From contig JBBDWL010000129.1 in the NCBI GenBank assembly GCA_040902895.1, forward strand, positions 6,913 through 70,912: a stretch of 64,000 bases of DNA, written 5' to 3'. The translations under genes were made by a program, and so were the position numbers. The notes under the pieces were generated by a model. That model saw only the letters and a program-made list of their open reading frames with translations, was not told where the DNA came from and did no database searches. Origin of the DNA: Vicinamibacterales bacterium (lineage in GTDB: Bacteria > Acidobacteriota > Vicinamibacteria > Vicinamibacterales > SCN-69-37). Within the stretch, counting starts at the first letter, position 1, and each line of letters starts with the position of its first letter. Shown here in pieces: positions 51,866 through 61,576 of the stretch.

Positions 51866-52981
51866 ATGCTCCCGACCATCGCCTGGGAAGAGGACGCGAT
51901 CGTGATGATCGATCAGCGGAAGCTGCCCGGCCAGGAAGTCTACGTGCGCTGCACGACCGCCGCGGAAGTCGCGAAAGCCATCCGCACGATGGTGATCCGC
52001 GGCGCTCCGGCGATTGGCGTCGCCGCCGCAATGGGCCTCGCGATCGGGATGCGGCGCAGCAAATCGACCGGCACGCGCAACTTCACCGCGGAGTTCACGA
52101 GGCTGTGCCAGCTGATGGGCGAGACGCGGCCGACCGCCGTGAATCTCTTCTGGGCCATCGAGCGCATGAAGCACTCGTTGTCCCAAGGGCTGCTCGCCGG
52201 CGAATCCACCGAACAGTTGACGGCGCGGCTCGAGCGCGAGGCGCGCGCGATTCATGATGAAGACATTGCGTGCTGCCGGGCGATGGGCCGGCACGGCGCG
52301 GAGCTCATTGGTCAGACCTCCCGCATCCTCACGCATTGCAACGCCGGGGCACTCGCAACCGCGGGCTATGGATCGGCCCTCGGCGTCGTCCGGGCCGCGG
52401 TGGAGCAGGGCAAGCATGTCGCGGTGTTTGCCGACGAGACACGGCCGTTTCTACAGGGCGCGCGGCTCACCGCATGGGAGCTGATGCGTGACGGCATCGA
52501 TACGACTGTCATAACGGAAGGCATGGCCGGACCATTGATGCGCAGCGGCGGCATCGATCTCGTCGTCGTCGGCGCCGACCGCATCGCCGCTAATGGCGAC
52601 GTCGCCAACAAAATCGGGACGTATACCGTTGCCGTGATGGCGCACGAACACGGTATTCCTTTCTACGTGGCTGCGCCGTCCTCGACGATCGATCTCGGCA
52701 CGCCCGATGGCGACGGCATCCCGATCGAGCAGCGAAATCCAAAAGAAATCTCGCACCTGGGTCCCACGCGGCTGACGCCGGAGGGCGCGAAGATCTGGAA
52801 TCCGGCGTTCGACGTGACGCCGCACCGTTACATCGCCGGCATCATCACGGAAAAGGGCATTCTGCGCCCGCCGTACGCAGAGAGCCTGAAGGCCGCGCAG
52901 GGAGCGGAGCGGAGCATCGGGGCCCCGCGAGCGACCGAGCCAGGCGGGGTGCAGGGGACCCCGCCGGAAATTAATCGATGA
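51866..52981 (+). CDS. mtnA: S-methyl-5-thioribose-1-phosphate isomerase, with a repeat-encoded C-terminal tail
   Basis: 371 aa. Motifs: IDQRKLP, VIRGAPAIGVAAA, THCNAGALAT, DETRPFLQGARLTAWEL, VGADRIAANGDVANKIGTY and NPAFDVTP. The last ~25 aa ([26 protein letters not shown]) come from repeat copy C. Confidence 0.9.
   Translation: MLPTIAWEEDAIVMIDQRKLPGQEVYVRCTTAAEVAKAIRTMVIRGAPAIGVAAAMGLAIGMRRSKSTGTRNFTAEFTRLCQLMGETRPTAVNLFWAIERMKHSLSQGLLAGESTEQLTARLEREARAIHDEDIACCRAMGRHGAELIGQTSRILTHCNAGALATAGYGSALGVVRAAVEQGKHVAVFADETRPFLQGARLTAWELMRDGIDTTVITEGMAGPLMRSGGIDLVVVGADRIAANGDVANKIGTYTVAVMAHEHGIPFYVAAPSSTIDLGTPDGDGIPIEQRNPKEISHLGPTRLTPEGAKIWNPAFDVTPHRYIAGIITEKGILRPPYAESLKAAQGAERSIGAPRATEPGGVQGTPPEINR
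52898..52970 (+). repeat. GC-rich ~70-nt dispersed element, copy C (3' end of mtnA)
   Basis: CAGGGAGCGGAGCGGAGCATCGGGGCCCCGCGAGCGACCGAGCCAGGCGGGGTGCAGGGGACCCCGCCGGAAA. It contains the hairpin GGCGGGGT GCAGGGG ACCCCGCC. Confidence 0.85.
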
Positions 52982-54030
52982 ATGTCCTCGGCATCGAGAC
53001 ATCGTGCGATGAGACGGCCGCGGCGGTTGTTGCGTCGACAGGCGATCTGCGCAAGCCGTGGCAGATGCTCTCGAACGTCATCGCGTCACAGGTCGATATC
53101 CATCGCGAGTGGGGCGGCGTCGTGCCCGAGCTTGCCTCGCGGCAGCATCTGCGCGACATCTGCGGCGTGGTCGAACGCGCGCTTGGCGACGCGCGGCTTT
53201 CGCTCGATGACGTGAATGCGATTGCGGTGACGCGCGGCCCAGGGCTGGTGGGATCGCTGCTGGTCGGCATCTCGTTCGCGAAAGCGGTGGCCGCCGCCCG
53301 CGGTCTGCCCATCGTCGGTGTGCATCATCTGGCCGGGCATATCGAATCGATATTTCTCGAGCACGGCGCCATCGAGCTTCCCGCGGTGGTGCTCGTCGTA
53401 TCGGGCGGCCATACCAGCCTGTACGTCGTGCCATCACCGGGCACCTACGAACTGGTGGGACGCACGCGTGACGATGCGGCGGGCGAGGCGTATGACAAAG
53501 TGGCGCGCGTCATGGGGCTGGGGTATCCCGGAGGCCCCGCGCTCGACCGCGCGGCGGGCACCGGCGACGACACGGCCGTGAAGTTCACGATGCCGCGCAT
53601 GACGCATCCCGATCGCAACGATCCGCGCGCCGCGCTCGCCGTGGAGTTCAGCTTCAGCGGACTCAAGACAGCTGTCGTGCGGCACATCGAGAAACGCGGC
53701 GGCGCGCCGCTCTCGGATTCGGAGCTGGCCGATCTTGCCGCGAGCTTTCAGCGCGTGGTCGTCGATACGGTGCTGACGCGTACGCTCGAGATGGCTGAAC
53801 GGCTTGGAGCGAAGAGCATCGGCATTGCCGGCGGTGTGTCGGCCAACAGCCGCCTGCGCCGCGATGCGGAGACACGCGCCGCGGCCGCCGGCATCCCGGT
53901 CTTCATCCCGCGGCTGTCGCTCTCGACGGATAACGCGGCGATGATCGCGGCCGCAGGCCTGCGCAAACTCGAGCTCGGCCAACCCGGCCCGGCCGACTTC
54001 ACAGTCGCCGCAAGCCTTGCGATCGAGTAA
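52978..54030 (+). CDS. tsaD: tRNA N6-adenosine threonylcarbamoyltransferase
   Basis: 350 aa with MNVLGIETSCDETAAAVV, GVHHLAGH, SGGHT, GEAYDKVAR.MGLGYPGGP and GGVSAN. Confidence 0.95.
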   Translation: MNVLGIETSCDETAAAVVASTGDLRKPWQMLSNVIASQVDIHREWGGVVPELASRQHLRDICGVVERALGDARLSLDDVNAIAVTRGPGLVGSLLVGISFAKAVAAARGLPIVGVHHLAGHIESIFLEHGAIELPAVVLVVSGGHTSLYVVPSPGTYELVGRTRDDAAGEAYDKVARVMGLGYPGGPALDRAAGTGDDTAVKFTMPRMTHPDRNDPRAALAVEFSFSGLKTAVVRHIEKRGGAPLSDSELADLAASFQRVVVDTVLTRTLEMAERLGAKSIGIAGGVSANSRLRRDAETRAAAAGIPVFIPRLSLSTDNAAMIAAAGLRKLELGQPGPADFTVAASLAIE

Positions 54031-54447
54031 ATGCTCGTCCACACCGACTATCTCTTCTTCACCACCAAGCAGCGGCAGGAATTCATCCGCATCACCGATG
54101 ACATCCAGCGCATCGTCGACGCCAGCGGCGTCGCCGAGGGCACGGTGCTCGTCTCGGCGATGCACATCACGGCCGGCGTCTATGTGAATGACTGGGAGAG
54201 CGGGCTGATCCACGACTTCCAGGTGTGGCTCGAGACGCTCGCGCCGTCGGGGCTCGACTATCGCCATCATCAGACAGGTGAAGACAACGCCGACGCGCAT
54301 CTCAAGCGCACGATCATGGGACACCAGGTCACGCTGCCCATCACGAAGGGCCGGCTCGATCTCGGTCCCTGGGAGCAGATCTTCTATGCCGAGTTCGATG
54401 GCCAGCGCCGCAAGCGTGTCGTGGTGAAGGTCATGGGCATCGCGTGA
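54031..54447 (+). CDS. YjbQ/UPF0047 family protein (secondary thiamine-phosphate synthase-like)
   Basis: 138 aa with [24 protein letters not shown] and [22 protein letters not shown]. Confidence 0.85.
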   Translation: MLVHTDYLFFTTKQRQEFIRITDDIQRIVDASGVAEGTVLVSAMHITAGVYVNDWESGLIHDFQVWLETLAPSGLDYRHHQTGEDNADAHLKRTIMGHQVTLPITKGRLDLGPWEQIFYAEFDGQRRKRVVVKVMGIA

Positions 54448-55355
54448 CGCACGCGCCGACCGATCCCTTCGACATCGTTCGCCGCCTGTATCGCGCCGTC
54501 AACGAATCGGATCTGGAGACGATCGCGGGTCTGCATGCGGCCGATGCGGTGGCCGAGCAGGTGTTCGACGGCACGTTCGTTGTCGAAGGCCGGGAGGCCA
54601 TTGCTGCCGCCTACGCCGCCGGGCCGCCGCATCGAACAATAGAGGTACGCACCATCGGCGGCATCGAGACCGGCTGGGGCTGGGTGCAGGCCGACTGGCT
54701 CGAAAAGGGGGACGGGTCTCATTTTCGCGCCGGCCACAGTCATTTCCTGATCGAGAACGCGCGCATCCGGCGCCATCGGCGCGTCGTCACAGCCGAAGGG
54801 GATTCGCGCGAGCGCGTCGAGCTGCCGCCGCCGGGATCGCGGCGCTATCCGGCACGACCCATCGCCGGCGTCGGTGCCGTGATATTGATCGACGGCGGGC
54901 GGCCCACGCCTGGCGTCGTGCTGATCAAGCGGCTGCACGAACCCCTGGCGGGACACTGGAGCCTGCCAGGCGGCACGCTCGACCTTGGTGAAACACTCGA
55001 ATCAGCTGTCGCGCGTGAAGCGCTGGAAGAGACCGGCCTCATCGTCGACGTGGGACCCATCGTTGACGTCTTCGATCGCATCCTGCTCGACGAGGCGGGG
55101 AAGGTCCGCTACCATTTCGTGCTCATCGACTATCTATGCCGCCCAATCGGCGGCGAGCTGCGCGCCGGGTCGGACGCCGCGGACGTCGCGATCGCCGAAC
55201 CTGATGAACTCGAGAACTATCGCCTCACCGGAAAGGCCTTCGACGTGATTCAGAAGGCGTTGATGATGAGTCGCGAACGAACGGAGCGGGGCGATGGGGC
55301 CCCGCGAGTGAGTGAGCCAGGCGGGGTGCAGGGGACCCCGCCGAGAGAAAAATGA
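54444..55355 (+). CDS. Fusion of an NTF2/SnoaL-like domain with a NUDIX hydrolase, with a repeat-encoded tail
   Basis: 303 aa. The N-terminal ~120 aa look SnoaL/NTF2-like ([26 protein letters not shown]). The NUDIX box is [24 protein letters not shown]. The tail [25 protein letters not shown] comes from repeat copy D. Confidence 0.8.
   Translation: MTHAPTDPFDIVRRLYRAVNESDLETIAGLHAADAVAEQVFDGTFVVEGREAIAAAYAAGPPHRTIEVRTIGGIETGWGWVQADWLEKGDGSHFRAGHSHFLIENARIRRHRRVVTAEGDSRERVELPPPGSRRYPARPIAGVGAVILIDGGRPTPGVVLIKRLHEPLAGHWSLPGGTLDLGETLESAVAREALEETGLIVDVGPIVDVFDRILLDEAGKVRYHFVLIDYLCRPIGGELRAGSDAADVAIAEPDELENYRLTGKAFDVIQKALMMSRERTERGDGAPRVSEPGGVQGTPPREK
55275..55347 (+). repeat. GC-rich ~70-nt dispersed element, copy D (3' end of the NUDIX gene)
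   Basis: GAACGAACGGAGCGGGGCGATGGGGCCCCGCGAGTGAGTGAGCCAGGCGGGGTGCAGGGGACCCCGCCGAGAG. Confidence 0.85.
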
Positions 55356-55915
55356 ATAGAGCCGACGCCCTTGCGCTGATGACCGAGTACACCCAGAGCG
55401 AGAGCCTGCGGAAGCACATGCTTGCCGTCGAGGCGGCGGTGCGCGGCTATGCTCGTGAGTTCGGTGAGAACGAAGAAGAGTGGGGCGTCGTCGCGCTGCT
55501 GCATGATTTCGACTACGAGAAGTGGCCCAGCCGTGAGGATCATCCGTTTCGCGGCGTCGAGATTCTGAAGGCGAAGGGGTATCCCGAGTGGGTGACGCGC
55601 GCGATCCTCTCGCATGCCGACTATTCCGGCGTGCCGCGCGAGACGCGGCTCGAGAAGACACTGTTTGCGTGTGACGAAATGGCCGGATTCGTGACGGCGG
55701 CGGCGCTCGTGCGGCCGAGCAAGAGCGTGCTCGATCTCGAACCGGCGTCGGTCATCAAGCGGATGAAGGACAAAGCGTTCGCCCGCGGCGTGAGCCGCGA
55801 CGATCTGCGCAAAGGGGCCGAAGCGCTGGGGCTTCCGCTCGAGGAGCACACCGGCAATGTCATTCGTTTTCTGCGAGCCGAGGCCGACGCGCTCGGTCTC
55901 AGGGGAACGCTGTAG
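55352..55915 (+). CDS. HD/HDIG domain metal-dependent phosphohydrolase
   Basis: 187 aa with LRKHMLAVEAAVR, ALLHDFDYEKWP, HPFRG and SHADYSG. It has an ATGA overlap with the upstream gene. Confidence 0.8.
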   Translation: MNRADALALMTEYTQSESLRKHMLAVEAAVRGYAREFGENEEEWGVVALLHDFDYEKWPSREDHPFRGVEILKAKGYPEWVTRAILSHADYSGVPRETRLEKTLFACDEMAGFVTAAALVRPSKSVLDLEPASVIKRMKDKAFARGVSRDDLRKGAEALGLPLEEHTGNVIRFLRAEADALGLRGTL

Positions 55916-55930
55916 CGAAACTGTCCGTAT

Positions 55931-56931
<1,001 letters not shown>

Positions 56932-56935
<4 letters not shown>

Positions 56936-57777
56936 GCCCGATCCACGATCAAACGTACCGGCGGTACGCGGGGCACCGCGAGCCGCCGGGCAAGACCTGG
57001 GCGGTGATCGCGTGGGCCGGCATCCGGAACATGCTCACCAAACGCGCGTTCCTCGGCCTGCTGATCTTTGCCTGGGTGCCGTTTCTGGTCAGAGCCGTGC
57101 AGTTCTATGTCGCGGCGAACTATCCGCAGGTGTCGCAGATCATCGCGCCGAACGCCGCGACCTTCCGCGACTTCGTCTCGCAGCAGGGCACCTTCGCGTT
57201 CTTCATCACGATCTACGTCGGCGCCGGCCTGATCGCGAGCGACCGCCGCGCGAATGCGCTGCAGATTTATCTGTCGAAGCCGATTCGACGCGTCGAGTAC
57301 ATCGGCGGCAAGCTCGCCACGCTGCTCTTCTTCCTTTTGGGCGTCACGCTGCTGCCGGCGCTGCTGCTGCTGCTGATCCAGATCAGTTTCGCCGCGAACA
57401 TCGGCATCCTCCGCGCGCATCCATTCCTGCCGGCCTCTATCGTGCTGGCCACGCTGATTCAGACACTCGTGATGTCGTGCACGATGCTCGCGCTGTCGTC
57501 GCTGTCGAACAGCCCGCGCTACGTCGCGATTCTCTATACCGGTGCCATCTTCTTCACCACCGCGATCTTCGGGGCGCTGGCCGCCATTACCGGCGGCACG
57601 CGCGTGGCCTGGATCTCGATCACCTCGAACGTGTCGCAGGTCACCGACGCCGTCTTCCGCCAGGCGCCGGGCTATCAGTCGCCGTGGCAGGTGTCGCTGC
57701 TGGTGATTCTCGGGCTGATTGCCATATCGGTATCGGTGCTCGAACGCCGCGTGAAGGGCGTGGAGGTGGTGTCGTGA
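56932..57777 (+). CDS. ABC-2 type transporter permease, first of two
   Basis: 281 aa with about 6 TM helices and an ATGA overlap with the ATPase gene. I recognise no specific family. Confidence 0.7.
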
Positions 57778-58697
57778 GCGCCGTGGTGACCTCGGAACAT
57801 CTCTCGAAGTGGTACGGGCAGGTCATCGGCCTCAATGACGTGACGGTGTCGGTGCCGTCAGGCATCACGGGCCTGCTCGGGCCGAACGGCGCCGGCAAGT
57901 CGACGTTCATGAAGCTGATCACCGGCCAGCTCAAACCGAGCAAAGGGGACGTGAAGGTGCTCGGCGAGCCGATCTGGGGCAATCCGAAGCTCTTCTTCCG
58001 CATCGGCTTCTGCCCAGAGCAGGACCGCTTCTACGAGCGCATGACGGGCCTCGAGTGGGTCACGACGCTCGTGCGCCTCAACGGCTACGACGAGGCTGCG
58101 GCGAAATCGGCCGCGGAACGGGCGTTGACGCTGGTCGACCTGATGGAAGCGGCCAACAAGAAGATCGGCGCCTACAGCAAAGGCATGCGCCAGCGCGTGA
58201 AGCTCGCACAGGCCATCGTGCACGATCCCGAACTGATCATCCTCGACGAGCCGCTCGGCGGCATGGATCCCATCGGCCGCCGCAAGACCATCCGCATGAT
58301 TCGCGAATGGGCGAAGCAGGGCAAGAGCATCCTCGTCTCGAGCCACATCCTGCACGAGATCGAGTCGATGACGGCTAACATCCTCCTCATTAATAACGGC
58401 CGCATTCTCGCGGAAGGCAACGTCCACCAGATTCGCGAGCTCATCGACGAGCATCCGCACAGCGTGCACGTCCGCGCCGCTGACCCGCGCCGTCTCGCCC
58501 GCGAGTTCCTGACCAGGGACGATGTGTTGAGCATGAGATTCGAGCCGGGCGCGGTGGTGGTCGAGACCGCGAAGCCGGATCTGTTTTATTCGAGACTGAC
58601 CGACATCGCGGCGGCGGGCGAGCACGGTACGATCGACGAGGTCACGTCACCCGACGACAATCTGCAGGCCGTCTTTCAGTACCTGGTGAAGCAGTGA
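57774..58697 (+). CDS. ABC transporter ATP-binding protein (ABC-2 exporter type), second of two
   Basis: The GTG start at 57774 overlaps the permease stop. Motifs: GPNGAGKST, YSKGMRQR, LIILDEPLGGMD and SSHILHE. The upstream part of ORF 57012..58697 overlaps the permease out of frame. Confidence 0.9.
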   Translation: MSAVVTSEHLSKWYGQVIGLNDVTVSVPSGITGLLGPNGAGKSTFMKLITGQLKPSKGDVKVLGEPIWGNPKLFFRIGFCPEQDRFYERMTGLEWVTTLVRLNGYDEAAAKSAAERALTLVDLMEAANKKIGAYSKGMRQRVKLAQAIVHDPELIILDEPLGGMDPIGRRKTIRMIREWAKQGKSILVSSHILHEIESMTANILLINNGRILAEGNVHQIRELIDEHPHSVHVRAADPRRLAREFLTRDDVLSMRFEPGAVVVETAKPDLFYSRLTDIAAAGEHGTIDEVTSPDDNLQAVFQYLVKQ

Positions 58698-59560
58698 TGC
58701 AGGACTCGATACGATCTACAATTTCCAATACGCCCCAGCACACCGCTCCCGGTTTTCTCTATAGCGCTTTCCGCGTCTTCGACTTCTCTCTGAGTCAGAT
58801 GCTCTGGTCGCGGCGCACGATTTTCATGCTGCTCGTCGTCGGCGTGCCGGTCGTGCTCGCCACCGTGGTCCGGCTGATCGATCAGCTCTCGACGAGCGCG
58901 ATGCAGGTCAACGGCGTCGCGATGGACGGCCCGGCGATCTTCGGCATGATGATCTGGATGTTCTTTGTCCGGTTCAGCGTGCCGGTGCTGAGCATCTTCT
59001 ATGGCACGGCGCTCATCGCCGACGAGGTCGACGACAAGACGATCACGTTCCTCTTCACGCGTCCCATCCCGCGCGGCGCGGTGCTCGTAGGCAAGTACCT
59101 CGCGTTTCTCGCCAGCACGCTGCTGGTCGTGCTGCCCTCGGTGATGCTCGTATGGCTGCTGGTCGTGCCGATCCGCGGCACGCTCGGCGGATCGTTCATC
59201 CCGCTCGTCAAGGACCTGGCGATCCTGGCGGCCGGGTTCGCCGTCTACGGCGCGTTCTTCGCCTTCATCGGGGCGAAGTTCAAGCGTCCGCTGATGATCG
59301 CGCTCTTCTTCGTGTTCGCCTGGGAGAACGCCGCGCTGCTGTTCCCGGGCTACATGCGCCGCTTCACGATCGCCCATTACCTGCAGGGCCTCGTGCCGCA
59401 CACGATGCCCTCTGACAGCGCGGTCACCCTGATCCAGTCCGTGTTCCAGGAGACGCCGACGCTCGGGACCAGCCTCTTCTGGCTGGCCGTGATCTGGGCC
59501 GTCTTCCTATGGCTGGCCGCCCGGGTCGTCGAGCGGCGGGAGTACGTGCTGGAGCAGTAG
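58694..59560 (+). CDS. ABC-2 type transporter permease, second of two
   Basis: 288 aa with about 6 TM helices. It contains LIADEVDDKTITFLFTRPIPRGAVLVGKYLA, an ABC-2/NosY-GldF-like motif. It overlaps the ATPase gene by 4 nt. Confidence 0.75.
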   Translation: MMQDSIRSTISNTPQHTAPGFLYSAFRVFDFSLSQMLWSRRTIFMLLVVGVPVVLATVVRLIDQLSTSAMQVNGVAMDGPAIFGMMIWMFFVRFSVPVLSIFYGTALIADEVDDKTITFLFTRPIPRGAVLVGKYLAFLASTLLVVLPSVMLVWLLVVPIRGTLGGSFIPLVKDLAILAAGFAVYGAFFAFIGAKFKRPLMIALFFVFAWENAALLFPGYMRRFTIAHYLQGLVPHTMPSDSAVTLIQSVFQETPTLGTSLFWLAVIWAVFLWLAARVVERREYVLEQ

Positions 59561-59615
59561 GCCTTGGGCCTAGTGCCTAGTGGCTAGGGCGGGAACGGCC
59601 CTCAGCCCGACCCCG

Positions 59616-59633
59616 TATAATCCCTCTAGAGGG
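59616..59633 (+). promoter_or_regulatory. TATAAT hexamer directly followed by the 12-bp perfect palindrome CCCTCTAGAGGG, 8 nt before the ATG at 59641
   Basis: TATAAT lies at 59616-59621 and CCCTCTAGAGGG at 59622-59633. Upstream are the direct repeats GCCTAGTG CCTAGTGG CTAGGG. No Shine-Dalgarno sequence is visible. Pattern only. Confidence 0.3.
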
Positions 59634-59640
59634 TCTGCCC

Positions 59641-60687
59641 ATGACAAAGAGTACGCGCTACCTCGCCTTTGGCTCTGCCGCAATCGTCGTTTTCGGGCTG
59701 TGCACGGGCCTTGTGGCCTATTACGGGGGCATCCCCTCACTGACCGCCTCACGTGTGGGCCCGCCAGAGCTGGCCCTGGTGCCGGCCGATGCCAGCATCG
59801 TGGCCTTTGCCGACGTCAGAGATGTCATGGACTCCGAGCTCAGGCAGAAGCTGCGCGAGGCGCTGCCGGGCGACCAGAAAAAGCGTGAAGAGCTGCAGCG
59901 GCTCACCGGCATCGACATCGAGCGTGACATCGACCGGGTCGTGGCCGCCGTTGGCGCCGACGCCGAGCATTCCGTGGTGGCCTTCCTCAGCGGCCGGTTC
60001 AACCCCACCCAGATCGAATCACTCGCCCGCCAGCATGGCGGTGAAGTGGTCGACTACGGCGGAAAGCGACTGATCCGGGGGATGCGGCCGAAGCACCCAG
60101 ACAATCACAGCGTCGCGACCGCGCGCGTTCACGGCACTGCGCACGCCGCGAAAGCCGATGTTCACCCGCATTCCGGCGACGACAGTCCGGCGCTGGCCTT
60201 CATCGAGCCTAACGTGCTCGCGATTGGCGCCGAGACCGCCGTGAAAAGGGCGATCGACACACAGAAGTCGGGTCAGAACATCACCACGAACGGCGATGTG
60301 ATGAAGATCATCTCGAGCGTGGCGACGGGCAACAACGTGTGGGCCGTCGGCCGCATGGATCACTTCGTCAGCCGCCTTCCGCAGGAAGTGGCGATGCGCA
60401 TGCCGCCGATTCAGTGGTTCGCGGCGACGGGACGCGTCAATGGAGGCATCCACGCGAGCCTGCGCGCCGAGGCCGTCGACGATCAGGCGGCCGAGAATCT
60501 GCGCGACGTCGTGAGAGGCGGCCTGGCGCTCGTGAAGATGCAGAGCGCGGATCCGAAGATGGCTTCGCTCGCGCAGAGCATCCGCCTCGAAGGCAGCGGC
60601 AAGACGGTGTCGGTGAGCTTCACGGTGCCCGCCGAGTTGATCGACCTGTTGCTTGCGAAAGGCCCGCGGGGGCTCGTTCAGAATTAA
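59641..60687 (+). CDS. Hypothetical N-terminally anchored periplasmic protein (348 aa) following the twin ABC cluster
   Basis: MTKSTRYLAFGSAAIVVFGLCTGLVAYYGG is a TM anchor, followed by a soluble alpha/beta region with a His-rich loop (HPDNHSVATARVHGTAHAAKADVHPHSGDD). I recognise no family. Confidence 0.7.
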   Translation: MTKSTRYLAFGSAAIVVFGLCTGLVAYYGGIPSLTASRVGPPELALVPADASIVAFADVRDVMDSELRQKLREALPGDQKKREELQRLTGIDIERDIDRVVAAVGADAEHSVVAFLSGRFNPTQIESLARQHGGEVVDYGGKRLIRGMRPKHPDNHSVATARVHGTAHAAKADVHPHSGDDSPALAFIEPNVLAIGAETAVKRAIDTQKSGQNITTNGDVMKIISSVATGNNVWAVGRMDHFVSRLPQEVAMRMPPIQWFAATGRVNGGIHASLRAEAVDDQAAENLRDVVRGGLALVKMQSADPKMASLAQSIRLEGSGKTVSVSFTVPAELIDLLLAKGPRGLVQN

Positions 60688-60721
60688 AAGTTGGTAAGTT
60701 GAAAATTCAAAATTGAGAAGG
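60687..60721. repeat. Five heptamers AAAGTTG GTAAGTT GAAAATT CAAAATT GAGAAGG between the stop codon and the terminator hairpin
   Basis: The array has 7-nt phase, is AT-rich, starts at the last base of the TAA stop (60685-60687), and ends 2 nt before the hairpin at 60724. Confidence 0.6.
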
Positions 60722-60723
60722 CC

Positions 60724-60758
60724 GGGCGGCTGGGGACTCTCAGCCGCCCTTCGTATTT
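60724..60758 (+). terminator. Rho-independent terminator
   Basis: GGGCGGCTG GGGACTCT CAGCCGCCC TTCGTATTT: a 9-bp perfect GC stem with a T-rich tail. Confidence 0.65.
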
Positions 60759-60778
60759 AAGCTACACTTCGCCGCGCG

Positions 60779-61180
60779 GTGTCTGAACTCATCTTCTTTT
60801 ACGGCACGCTGATGGCGGGGTTCGATCGGCGGCGGCGCGCCGGGATCGATGACAAGCTGGCGTATGTCGGCCGCGCGCACATCCGCGGACATCTGTTCGA
60901 TCTCGGTATCTATCCGGCCGCGGTGCCCGCGCCCGACGGGCAGGTGTGGGGCGAAGTCTATCGCACCGACGCGCCGCGCGAGGTGCTCACGGCGCTCGAC
61001 GACATCGAAGGCTATCGCGCCGACGATCCCGACAAGAGCCTCTATGCGCGGCAGCGCGCGCGCGTCATTCTGCCGGATGGCCTTGCCGATGAGGCCTGGG
61101 TCTACTTCTACAACGCCCCGCTCGGGCAGGCTCCGCGGATTGAGTCGGGCGATTACCTCGCGCACGTCACGCGACGGTAG
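60779..61180 (+). CDS. Gamma-glutamylcyclotransferase (GGCT/AIG2-like) family protein
   Basis: 133 aa with a GTG start. Motifs: IFFYGTLM, the GHLFDLGIYPA..G.VWGEVY pattern, and DDIEGY. Confidence 0.85.
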   Translation: MSELIFFYGTLMAGFDRRRRAGIDDKLAYVGRAHIRGHLFDLGIYPAAVPAPDGQVWGEVYRTDAPREVLTALDDIEGYRADDPDKSLYARQRARVILPDGLADEAWVYFYNAPLGQAPRIESGDYLAHVTRR

Positions 61181-61190
61181 CACAGGGCGA

Positions 61191-61532
61191 TCAGACTCGC
61201 GCTTCCTTCGCTTTTTTGATGTAGCGCTGGATCGCCTTCCGTGCGTGATCCGCCGGCTCGATGAACTCGATGCCGGTGCGATACAGCACCTGATTGGTAT
61301 CGACGTCGCTGATCCGGCAATGGACTACGCGTCCTTTGACGACGACGGGCTTGTCGTCGAGCGGGAGCCGGAAATCGAGCAGCGCATCGAGCTGCAGAGG
61401 CGTGCGCGTTTCGATCTGCATCCCGCCGACGCCGAGCTCGGTCACGGTCATCGGCTGAAACACCATCACGCCGCCCACCAGCTCGCCCAGGATAGGAATC
61501 CGGTCGCCGTCCCGCCGCTCGTCTCGCCCCAC
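61191..61532 (-). CDS. Single-domain PilZ protein (c-di-GMP receptor candidate)
   Basis: 113 aa. It has an N-terminal RRDGDR (RxxxR) and VTELGVGGMQIET, which matches the D/N-x-S-x-x-G-like element, followed by a beta-barrel pattern. Confidence 0.7.
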   Translation of the reverse strand: MGRDERRDGDRIPILGELVGGVMVFQPMTVTELGVGGMQIETRTPLQLDALLDFRLPLDDKPVVVKGRVVHCRISDVDTNQVLYRTGIEFIEPADHARKAIQRYIKKAKEARV

Positions 61533-61576
61533 TCGCGGGACTATAACACCGACCCCGCTTACTGTTTAATGAGTCC

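Noticed and set aside
57012-57773. Upstream extension of the second ABC ATPase ORF (561 aa)
   Set aside because: It overlaps the first permease out of frame. The ATPase fold begins at the GTG at 57774, which overlaps the permease stop codon.
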